Assembly: GCA_043228905.1 (NCBI GenBank)
Contig: JBHGNT010000022.1
Coordinates: 2,666,001-2,730,000, forward strand
Reading direction: 5' to 3'
Source: Azolla caroliniana
Taxonomy: Eukaryota; Plantae; Polypodiophyta
DNA length: 64,000 bases
Position numbers and translations under genes: made by a program. Below are positions 1-11,790 of this stretch, piece by piece (positions within the stretch are counted from its first letter, which is position 1; each line of letters starts with the position of its first letter). Under the pieces are notes generated by a model. It was not told the origin of the DNA and ran no database searches. It saw only the letters and a list, made by a program, of their open reading frames with translations.

Positions 1-3000
1 TTATTACTAGTTTACTGATAAATAATCATAATAATTATATATAAGACATGTATTGATTAATTGTTTTTTTCTTTCTTTCTTTTGTTCCTTATTATTGGAT
101 ATAATAATTATAAGTAAATAGATTTTCATTCGATACCACTTCTCGAGCAAGGGCTCATCAAAACTGTCCACAAAAAGAAAACTCGGACTTGATTACAGTT
201 TGGACCTAGAATATCTGTAAGGCAAATGTGATTCTTAAAATTTTTAAGCTCTTTATGTAGGTCCTACTCTAGCTAAATTAGTGTAATTTTTATTTGAATG
301 ATCTAATGACTATGGCTTGTACACAGATTATATCAGAGTTGTGACACCCTTGACTACCCAACCATTCTTACTTTGGTAGCTTTGAGATCTCTCTTGTATG
401 TGTTTCTTACTGTTGCCAAGATAAATAGATTCCACATTTGATTGAAAATACTGTTTCATTTGCTGGAACATTTGATTCATTGTCTCTTAACACAGTATGT
501 AACGCTTCATTGACATGTAAATTATGTATGTCCTTCGCTTCGCTCCTTTGAATTCTTGTTTTGAAAACCTGTCTAGGGTATGCAGGTGCCATGCATTTGT
601 GTTTGTTTTCCTTTCCTTTTATTTACTCTTGTGATTTCTTCTTAAGAGTTCTTCTACTTGCATCAGTTGAGACTGTCCTAGTTATTCTTGGGCATCTTAT
701 GTCAGTTTTTTCCATGCACTTGTGGCTCACCTCAGACATCTCCGTGCATTGGTTTGAACCCTCTTTTCTTGTAATCTTGTCATGAATCAATCAATTCTTT
801 CTGGATTATGTGAATACACTCTTTAAATACTCTTTAAACTCATTGCATACCTTAATCTCCACTCTTTAAATTCAAGTTTTTTCCTCTCCACTCTTAATCT
901 CTCACATCCAATGTTTTTCCTTTGTAAGTGACAATCTATAAGTCAATGAAGGAATGAGAGATGATAAGTCATGCAAGTGTTGCAGGGCACATTGGGGTAT
1001 CTTACTACGAAGGAATGAGAGATGATTGATTTTCAAGTCTCGAATGAGAAATCACGAAAGTCATGAATAAGTAGGCAAAGCAGAATCAAGAGATAAGCCA
1101 TGATTGACTTCTTACCACTCTACAAAATAGATAATTCAACTTCAATGCACGACAAAACCAAGTCACAATAGAATGTTGTAATCGGGCAGACTTTGTGATG
1201 CCATGGTATAGAACCTACCAAACTCATGATAGAGTTTTTGGACATAAAGTAGGCAGAGCGTGAATGGTAGGGGGGGGCCCACACCAAGAACATCCTAACC
1301 ACAAAAGAACCTGAAGCCAACATCCACATGCCAAAATGGATTCACATTTTCACTTGAGATGAAAATGTGAGATGACTCTTATCACTTATGAATCAATCAT
1401 ATGAGACAAAAATCCTACATGGGAACACTAGACCTATGATAGCAGATGCCACCCAAGGGGAACTAGCAATGACTTTGGAACTAGCAATAACATTGCGTTC
1501 GATACAAGAGTTTGCCCCTAATGGAGTGCAAAAGGCAAATACCAGGGGTCCTAAAATGATAGCAAAACCTTGAAGACATTTGAGTTCACTACCAATTTTC
1601 TTCTCAAAAAAGTTCATGGATTTGAAAAGGATGCTAAAAGACATTATTTTAAACACACGGTGAATGTGCATTACTACTTACACAATCACTCAAATCTGGG
1701 ACTATGAAAAATGCATATACAATGGTAGAGCTCACGCTAGATTTTACTAGTAAGTTCATACTTGCAAATTTAAAGTAATGGTTTTGATTTTTATATCCAT
1801 CCTAAAGCATGCCTTTTAGATCATTATACTTTACACTCAAAAGTGGAATAAAGTTTAATGCCATTCTTTGAAGAATTTGGCTTTGCTACAACCCAACTGT
1901 ACTTCAAAATAACACTTTACTAAAGAAACGGTGTCTAATATTTACCATCATAAAGCATTCATACCTTGACTTTGAGTTCATTGTGACGATAATTCACTCG
2001 TGCTTCTCCCCAAATTTGATTCTTTAGATTAAAGCTTTTCTCCTAAAAATTTGTCTTTGCAACTTCACCCCCTCTCTCCCCGAGGTTGAAAACTATAACA
2101 TTTGTTATGTGGAAGGCACCATTAAAATCACTAATAGACAAAATATTCTCATTTGAACCCAAATAGCATGCACGATTTTAATTATGGTCATCGTTGGCCA
2201 TGCATATGAAATGTAAGCATTAACCATTAGAGAGGTATTTAGTAAAATTGTAGATGTTATGTAAAAACCCTTTTTACATCAATTTAAAACACTTCGAAAG
2301 CTATGAGGTTAAGTCAAAATATGATAGTATCTCACATTTCAAATTACCGATCTTTTTATAGTTTGTCAATAATTACATGAGATTCCACTAAACCAATAAG
2401 AGAATAGGAGCGAGTTGCCACACAATCCCTAGTAGTAAAGTTTAGGAGATTGTGAGTTAAAACATAAGCCAAACACAATGCATTAGAAGAGGTAGGATAA
2501 GTAATCTTTGATCACATTTAGTTAATATATACATATCAATTAAAAGAGAAGACAATCATACATATGTGTAATTGTTTCCAATCAAGAACAACAATAATAA
2601 TAACAACAAATATGCAATTACTTAGAGTCTTAGACTTTGAGTAATTAACCCTTTGATGCCTTGACAAATCCTTTATTTACATTTTGACAACCTTTTTGTC
2701 ATCATGGAATCTCTTACAATGAACAAAAATAACTCTACACTTTCGTTAACAATTCATTTGCCCACGAGAAGGTAATTTGGAATTTTGTTGAGGAATATCA
2801 CTTTGAGATTTGCCACATGATATAGCATTGTAATGGAGAAACTTTTTACCCTCTAGAACCCCATGACGTCATACAAATCGCACCCTCAAAGTGGCTCATT
2901 CGAGCAAACAACACAGAATGATGGAAATAGCTATCAGATCAACTCTAATGCATGCTCATAAGGTAAAACCTCTCTGTCACTCTACAAGGGAAATTAACGA

Positions 3001-4099
3001 GAGTGGTGCAAGTTTGGCAATAGGAGTTCGTAATGAATCTCATGTTACTCTTTAGACTTTAGTTTTAAAGTAATCATTTGATAGTGGAGTCACTTCCTAG
3101 CCAATCATTTCTAACTACTCACTATTGGCCCTTGGGGAAGAAGCAAGAGGCATTGATGATGATGACATCCTCCGGAATACTGAAAGCACTTGTTTATACA
3201 GCATGGTTGAACCCATATATGCTCGCCACCTCACATCCAAGCATGATTGACACTTAGTATTCATGCAACCATGCCATTTTGTGATCATGCATTAGTTTGC
3301 GCGAGGTGTTGATATCTCGTACAATCAAGATTATCTATGACAAGGTACGATAAATAATGTGTAAAACCATAACCTATAGGTAAATAACTATTTACTTTGT
3401 GGATCTTTTCAAAACGAAAAGGTATGTTAAAAATTTGTACTTTCAAACTTAAATGTTGGAGTTCGTCAAGCGTTTATTCACTTGCCCTTATGTGATTGAA
3501 ATTCCTAGCAAAATGAACTTCTGTAGAACAAAAGATGTTTATTCAAATTGTCCTCATTGTTTCATATTGAATGCAATGCTCATGGGCACATCACTGCAAT
3601 GGATTTCTAAAATTAGAAGACATTGTAACACTCTAATTGTGTGTCATTCATTGACATGTGAAAAATTATGATTACTCCAACTCTTGGTTGCCATTAATCT
3701 TCAATGCCATAAAAGAATGACCTCACCCTCACAAAATATAGAAATGAGATGGCAAAGATTAAAATTTGATTAAAGCCTAGTTACCCATCAATAGGGGGAA
3801 GTTTAACATGTTATATTACTAGCAAACTACTAAAATGGTAACTATCTTCAATAGTATTAAAAATGTCTGAAGGCTACAACTTGAAGTTATCTACCCAAAT
3901 GCTTACAACGTAGAATAAAAGGCATTGTATGTACACCAAAACCTGTACATACAAGGGGTGTTGAAACTTGATACGGCACATTACCACGGTGTACTGATAG
4001 TCAAGAAAAGGTCCATGGAACTATCAACATTGTTGAGCATGCAAGGAAGCATCTTCATGATGCATGGTCAATATGACCATTCAAATTTCTGGCTAATTA

Positions 4100-4420
4100 A
4101 TCTTACTAGCAAAGTAATATTTGTCGCACTAGTGAGAATTTGGTGAACTTTTGTGGTAATCTTCAAATTTTCGGAATAAGTCAAACAAATAGTGGAAGAA
4201 GAAGAGTGCATTTTGTTGCATTGTTGGGTTTTGAACCACTTTCAATATTGGCATTTGAATAAACCACTTTATAAGGGAAAAAGTATCAAATACCATTTGG
4301 CTCTTTTTTATTTCCTTAAATCCCCTCAATCAACAAACGAAAGATGAAAAGTGGGATCAATTGGGCACTTGAGGAAATAACAATGGTCTTAGGCACATTT
4401 GTGGGAGTAAAGAGAATATC
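4100..4420 (-). pseudogene. Highly degraded retrotransposon integrase-like remnant
   Basis: Minus-strand translation (…NALFFFHYLFDLFRKFEDYH…) loosely resembles the gypsy integrase core. It has many disruptions. Confidence 0.25.
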
Positions 4421-5106
4421 AAGTAATTTTCCAAGTTTTTTATGGATAAAGAATCAAGTCATCATAGATACATACATACATAGACGAACATGTGCATCCA
4501 CATATATGCACACAATGAAGTCAACATTCGTAAATACATATATATGTACATGCATACAAACACAAATATAATTACATGCTTAGTCCTTTGACATTGAACA
4601 TTTTCTCCTAATCCAATCTCAACTCTAAATTGAAAAGCCGCAAACCTCATAGGAACTCCCAATTGAAAATGCATTCAATTCCTTGGTTTGGGCCGTTTCC
4701 TCTTAGATTTGGTCTGTTACAAGTCCACTCCTCGTTCTTGATTCTACAACCCAATCACTCATATAATACTTCTAGAATTCGCCAATCAATATACATTTGG
4801 GTTATGTAGTTGCAATCATTAGTGTAGAGTACCCATTCATATCTCTTGAACAATGTATGGGTACTTGATATGTCTTCCTTTTACAAAATGTTTCCGCCAT
4901 CCAATCTTAATATGAGAGCCAAAGCTTTGGCCTATATATTGTGTGGAACATTTGACAAAGAAGTACAAATCTCGAATTAATCTGTGCTAGAGGTTTCCTC
5001 TAGGAACTAAACTTTGATTGTTATCTCAAATTAATTTATGTCTTCGAGGTTTCCTTTGGGAACTAACTTTGATTGTTCCTAAAGCAATGAAGAGATGTAT
5101 GATTAA

Positions 5107-5482
5107 CAATTGGTAACGGTTTGGTTTGAGAGTGTCAAAACCGATCCATTTAAACGTTTTGAAACTTGAACCGATCCAAACCAAACCACGAAATTGTTTA
5201 AAAAGATCCAAACCGTTAAACCATTAAACCGTTAAAACCTGGTTTCGTGGTTCAGTTTCAGTTTTCAACTAGGTCAAAATTCAAATTTAAAATTTTTCAT
5301 TTTTTTAATTTAAATTTTTTTTAAAATTTAAATATTTTTCTAAAATGTGAGAATTAGGCTTAAAAAATGAAAAGATTGTTAAAAAAAATTAAAAAACCAT
5401 TAAACCGTGGTTTCTAACCGTTGAAACCGTTAAGTCACGATTTTGCGGTTCAGTTCAGTTCAAACCAAACCGTTGCCGACTG
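5107..5482. mobile_element. MITE, 376 bp, ~23-bp TIRs, flanked by TTAA on both sides
   Basis: Left end caattggtaacggtttggtttga versus reverse complement of right end cagtcggcaacggtttggtttga (3 mismatches). TTAA at 5103-5106 and 5483-5486. Many internal AAACCG/CGGTTT subterminal motifs and an AT-rich centre. Confidence 0.8.
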
Positions 5483-6340
5483 TTAAAGAATTGTACTAAA
5501 ATATTTAAAAATCATCTACTTTCATGCCATTTCAAAAACCTCATTTGAAACATGATTCCAAGAATGCAATGGGAGCCATACCAAATGGCAACAAAATTCC
5601 ATTCTGCAAAAAGAATAAGAATCCATTGGGGAAATGTAGGTTCTTCCGGTGTAGAACTCACTAGTGAATAATGCTTATTCTCATTTGGGCAAGCATTAAC
5701 AAAGGATAGACAATTCACAATCGAGTGCGTAAAATCCTAGTGAACCACAATGAGCTTGATCTTCTGAAATCCTAGTACAATATTTATGACAAGTATTGGA
5801 TGAGGATTTTAATTTAAAGACTCAAGGAATGGAGTAACTAAATACAAATGGCATGCACATACAACCACATAGGTACATAATTTATTACTATGTTTTATGT
5901 ATATCCAAATAACATATAGCTAAAAGGCTACGAAACATGACCTCCAATGTATGTAATTGTTGAGGATATGGACTTGGGCATTGCAGCCATTTGAACCCTA
6001 AAGGGATGTGGCTCTAAGGAGATGGGCATTAAGCTCATCGACAAGAGACTCAAAGAACAACATTCAACTCGCTAGTGACTTGGTTGGCCCTCTCATTGCA
6101 TTACTCTTTTGATCCCAAACTTAGTGGACACAACTAGGGAATGAACCCAAGAAGAGGCATATTCAAGACAATCTCGAACTTTGCGATCCCAATGGGATAT
6201 ATGTACAACTACCCGAACCATAGTGATTAGTATCCATGTATAAGACGCAAGCACCTTTTATACATGTCTTGACTTCTAATGTATATTCAACTACTATATA
6301 GATCCCTAGTGAAGAGAATGGCGTAGGTCCTTGCAAACAA

Positions 6341-6478
6341 AACATGCATGCATGCATGCATACATCGATACGTGCATACATACATACATACCTACATACA
6401 ACCATTGCACACGTACACACATACATACAAACCATTGCACACATACACACACACATACAAACCATTGCACACATACAC

Positions 6479-6536
<58 letters not shown>

Positions 6537-6660
6537 GGACATGTAGACATATATACATACATAGATATAACCATTGCACACATACATAGATACATACATA
6601 CAACCATTGCACACATACACATGCACATTACATACATACATGATTTATGTATGTACACGC
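6341..6660. repeat. CA/CATA compound microsatellite with short tandem units
   Basis: Visible (CA)n, (CATA)n and repeated accattgcacacatacac units. Explains the spurious VCVC/HTHT ORFs. Confidence 0.9.
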
Positions 6661-6700
6661 ATCACATTTGGCATGGCCAGCTGCCATGGGCACCACGTGG
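6343..6700 (+). promoter_or_regulatory. Candidate RY (CATGCA) tract and ABRE/G-box (CACGTGG) upstream of the LEA gene
   Basis: catgcatgcatgcatgca at 6343-6360 and CACGTGG at 6694-6700. RY plus ABRE is the established ABI3/ABI5-type combination for LEA promoters. Confidence 0.5.
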
Positions 6701-7019
6701 AGCCAAGAGAAGCCATGGCACCACCACCACCACCTTCTTCTTCTTCTTCTTCTAGAAGATTCCACCTCTCCACCTCTCTCCCCTCCTCATGAAATCCAAA
6801 GCATGACTGATTTTGCATAAGAATGAATTGAAGAACATCCTTCCATGCACAGAAAGGAGAGCTTCCATCAAATACCTTATTTCACCATCACCCACACACA
6901 CATCTTTCTTCCTTCTTCTTCCTTCTTCTTCTTCTTGATCTTGTGGTAGCTTCACCAGGGATTTTTAGCTTCTACTGTTGCTTGCTTGTACATCTGATTT
7001 TGTGAATAGGCAGGCAGCC

Positions 7020-8865
7020 ATGTATGTCATTATTCGCGAGCCTCGATTCCGTCATCTTGCCCCTCTCTTGATGGCCTTCATGCTGGTCCTGGCTTTAGGC
7101 TTTTGTAGTGTTGTCCCCATTTCTTCATCTAAGGAGACTGGCGAAGAAGCGGCAGCCATGGATCTGAAAGAGAGAAGTCAGGAGGCGGCAGAGAAGGCTG
7201 GAGAGGCGGGCCGAGAATTTGCCGGGAAAGCTGCCGAGAAGGGCTCGGGTGCCACGGAAACCGCCAAGGAGAAGGCCCGGGAGGCGGCCGAGAAGGGCTC
7301 GGGTGCCACGGAAACTGCCAAGGAGAAGGCCCAGGAGGCCGCCGAAGAGGGTTTGGGTGCCACGGAAACTGCCAAGGAGAAGGCCCGGGAAGCCGCCGAG
7401 AAGGGCTCGGGTGCCACGGAAACCGCCAAGGAGAAGGCCCGGGAAGCCGCCGAATTCGCAAAGGAGAAAGCCAGGCAAGCGGCCGAGAAGGGCTCGGGCG
7501 CGGCCGAGACGGCCAAAGAGAAGGCGGAGGAGGCTTCGAAGAGCGCCACAGAGAAGTTACGAGAGGCGGCCGAGGGCGTAACCGAGAAAGGGCAAGAGGC
7601 GGCAGAGAGCGCGAAGGAGAAGGCCAAGGAGGCGGCCCACCGAGGCACGGAGCAAGCCGGCGACAACCTCGGCAAGGCCAAGGAAGATTCGCAAGCTTGG
7701 ACACGTTGGGCGTATGAGAAAGTCCAATCCTTCGCCAACGTTGCTTCCAAGTGAGTAGTTAGTAGAAAAACATAGTTCAATATATCAAGGTCTTGGGAAC
7801 TTTCTCCATAGTTCCTTGTTTGATTTTCATACTTTTTTTTCTTTGTTTTTCGTTTAATCTTTGTGTGAAAAATATAGTATATCAAGGTTTTGGGAACTTT
7901 CTCCATAGTTCCTTGTTTGATTTCCATTTGTTCTTCTATGTATCTCGTTTAATCTTTGTGTGGTCAGTTTTGGTAAGACTTTTATTTTGTATGGACAGTG
8001 GAAGTTTGTTTTTGTTTTGTGTGATTGGTTGTAGGATCGTAGAAGTATATCAAGGTTTTGGGAACTTTTGGTTGGGTTTGAATCTTTGTGTGGTTGGTTT
8101 TGATGAGTTTTATTGGTATATGAGGGGTGAATTTGATAGTTTGTTTTTGTTTGTGTGTGATTGGTCGGATTTGGGAATTTAGAAGTATATTGATGTTTTG
8201 GTTTATGGACGGGTGAATCTAGTAGTTTTGTTTTTGTTTATGTGATCGGTTTTGATAGAGTTTTATTGGTGTATGGATGGGTGAGCCAATAGTTTGTTTT
8301 GCCTTGTGAGTGATTGGTCTGGTTTCGATGAATTTTATTGGTATATACATGTGGATGGTTTTGGTCACTTATGTAGGGAAGCGGAGGACTTGGCGAAACA
8401 TGCTGGAGAGCAGGTGGGGGAGCATGCGGCATCACTCAAAGACAAGATTGTGAGCCAAGGGAGTGGTATGCACACACCATGAAACACATTCTTCGCCTTT
8501 TGGGTTTTCATTACTCTTAAGTTTCTAGGTTCTTCTTTCCAAGCATACTCTCAAGTTTCTCTCACAAATACGTGGTTAACAAGTTGTAGATCCTTGTTTG
8601 TTTCTCGCCTATTCTTGCTAATAGAGATGGATTTTTCATTTGTATCTCAGAGACTGTCGATCAAGGCTCGGATGCCCTCAGACAAGCCTCTGATGTGTCG
8701 AAGGGTACAGGCAGTAGTGCGGCTGATACTTTGAAGGACAAGGCGGGAGCCGTAGGAGAGGGCACGAAAGCGGCGTCGCAACAGTTCGAAGACTCGGCCG
8801 CATTGGTCGCAGAGAAATTGAAGCAAAGTGTAGGGTGGTCCTCTAAAGATGACAAGGAGCTATAA
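7020..8865 (+). CDS. LEA protein (group 3/LEA_4-like), 344 aa, join(7020..7750,8377..8465,8651..8865), N-terminal signal peptide, C-terminal DKEL
   Basis: A/E/K-rich repeats (AAEKGSGATETAKEKARE) and a hydrophobic N-terminus. GT-AG introns are phase-consistent (AA|gtgagt…ag|G; G|gtatgc…ag|AG). Total 1035 nt, ending …SSKDDKEL*. Confidence 0.9.
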
Positions 8866-9110
8866 AGAAAGATGAGAGATGCTCTTTCTTTTAATTAAAG
8901 GAAGTATAAAGTGAGGAAGTATATATATTGTAGATTCTAAATTCTATATAATTACAAGAGTGGGTGAATGACATGTAGAGTTGCACACGTGTGTGTACAC
9001 AATTTGTCTTTTTTAAGGCCCTTTTGAGGGATTGAATCCAATTTTAGTGTAAACATTTATGGGTTTTTGATGGATTATATATGCCCTTTAGTATGTAGGA
9101 TCTCTTTGGA

Positions 9111-9361
9111 TGGAATGTTTTGTGGATCTCAAAGTCTCATCTCTTTGGATGAAAAACTTTGTGGATCTCATGTCTCATCATAAGAATTCATTCCTTTCTT
9201 GTGAATGTATGGTTTGTGGGCTTGGAATAATCTCAATGGAATGTTTTGTGGATCTCAAAGTCTCAGCTCTTTGGAATGAAAAACTTTGGATCTCATGTCT
9301 CATCATAAGAATTCATTCCTTTCTTGTGAATGTATGGTTTGTGGGCTTGGAATAAACTCAA
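9111..9361. repeat. Tandem duplication of ~126 bp
   Basis: tggaatgttttgtggatctcaaagtctca…gggcttggaataa occurs twice back to back. Confidence 0.85.
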
Positions 9362-11790
9362 ATGTTTTCATAATCTTTAAGAGAATGGATTGAGTTACTT
9401 TAAATTGAAATATATGTTTCAAGTTAATGGTTTGGAGATGACTAAATGTTAAGTGAGCTTAGCCTTCAAAGCAATTGTTTTCCTAATCATTTGTTTGTGT
9501 TCTCTATTGTGTGGAATTTGTAATAATCCACAAATGGACAATTGTTTGCTAAACATTGATTAGATAATTGGCTTCAAAAGTTCATTTCCATTGTGTGGAA
9601 TTAGCCAAAGAAAAAACATCAAGAAGTCTAGGAATTCATGTCTATCGCGGTCAATTGATTTTTAAGTTCAAATGGTTGAAATGAAGCTATGGATAGTGAT
9701 GGTTTTTGAAGAAGTTCTATGTTGGGTTTCACACTTAAGTGGCTTCACAAAATTCTTTTCATTACACAATTTGGAAGTAGATCACCTTGAGCATAAGTAC
9801 CTAGTAGTTGTGAGAAGGATTCACATAATTGGCCTATAATGAGCAAGCCCTTCATGCGTTTACTATTAAGTGACAAGGATGTGAAGGAAGGGGCCAATTA
9901 TGTCTCGAACATATGGCACAATACCATGAATATCTCAACATAAGATACTAACAACATCATTAATTAAACTACTTTCTTGCCATAACCATTATATGTCACT
10001 CTAATGCCATAACCTATATCTCACTCTAAGGGCCGATTTAGAAAAACAAAAAGTGTGACTGATTGTTGAAAATGGAGTAGATTTAGAATTACAATGAAGT
10101 TGATTGTAAGACATAAGATAATGTGGAAAGTTGAGAAATTATAGTTTGATAGTTAACATCAAATAACATAGAGTGAGCATAGAAAGAGAGGCTAATAATG
10201 TCAGCTTGTAGTTTGTGGGGGTATTTTGGTAAAAATATGTTTGGCATGTTTATTATGTGCATTTTTTTGCAAATAATGTAAGGAGTATGCGTGGTAGCAC
10301 TTGAATGTATAACCATGATCAAATTCACTTAGGTATTCTTTGGTTGGCGAGAATGTTTCAAGATTATATGAAAAACCAAATACCCTCGGTGTGCTACAAT
10401 TATGGTGTTCCCCACACCATTACTAGAGGATGTCTCATATTTTCCCGTAGTGAGCTTCTAATAATTTCTTCACCACCTATTGTAAATTTGTATTTATGAC
10501 TTGAATCAGATAGAAAATTTCGCCCCCCTTCAATCGCAAATAGAAAATTTCACCCCCCTTCACTAAAGAACAAGCCCAAATGCAAAGGCAATGAGTTAAG
10601 CATGTTTAAACTTACCATTGTCTAAAAAACTACCATCTCTTCTTATGTTTATCGTATTGTGAGGCTTAGTTAAGTGCCAGATCTTGCATGTACATTTACA
10701 TCTCTATATTTTTTTAATCTCTTCTTATGGTTGTGCATTAGTATTCTAATTTCTAACCATGCAAAGTGGCAATGCATCATTCACTTATCCCTCTTAGCTC
10801 GAGCAACACGAAAGGAAAACTCGAAAGAAGAGGAGGTTTCTCACTAATTGATTGTATCCCCACCCAAAGATCACAATTCTCCATGAGGGTTTAGGTTTTA
10901 GGGTTTACAACGAACGATCACACAAAGGGGTATGAATAAGTGATGTGAAAGGTTTTGTTCATGAGTAGTGGCTACAATTTCGATAATCGATCACCTCTGA
11001 CAATAATATCGGTTTCCATGATCTACAAGACTTTATCCGTAATATGCACTATAACTTTAATTCCTTTTATGGGTTCCTACTCTTATAGATTTAGAGGAAG
11101 CACCCACATATATTTGACCAACAAATAGCTTCAATAGACAAAAAGAAAGCACAAAGGTTGGCTCAGTGGTTGTGATCTGTTTCTCTCTAAGCTGATGTTT
11201 AGGGTTTAGGGTTTAACCCTAATCCTTAATTAAGGGCACAAGATCTAATGAGGTAATAATAACAATCAAAGACCAAACCAATTCTGATATGGATGAGGTG
11301 ATATATATCTATTCAAACTTGACACAAGAAACATTGTGATTGATACATACAAAACACAATGTACAAAATTAACACAAAAAACATATTCTCTGAGACAATA
11401 CATTACCATCATTCAGTACAATACAAATTTTATAATTTTATTACATGTATGGCAGGTTATGATCATTAATCACTGCACAAATGGGATCTCATATTACAAG
11501 TGTTATGAAAAGTAAAAGAAAGAGGAAAATGAAATGAAAAAGATATACATGGTTCAATCAATCCCTGAATCAGTGATGGGAGATTTGATTCTGATTCCCC
11601 CACTGTTCTATATTTGTTAAAATCCTTGAAGAAGGCCCTTATTGACACCTAAATCTTGAATTCCTTTGATTCCTTTGATGACTATCATAAGGACTCTACT
11701 GCAGCTTTGAAGAATCATGTTTACTTAAGCAGGGCTAAATTATGTTTTATCTCCCCCTTCTCTTCGAAGCATCATGTTTACTTAAAAGGT

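Noticed and set aside
6163-6792. Multiple VCVC/HTHT ORFs
   Set aside because: These are translations of CA/TG microsatellites.
7125-7927. Antisense and alternate-frame ORFs over LEA exon 1
   Set aside because: These are shadows of a GC-rich repetitive coding sequence.
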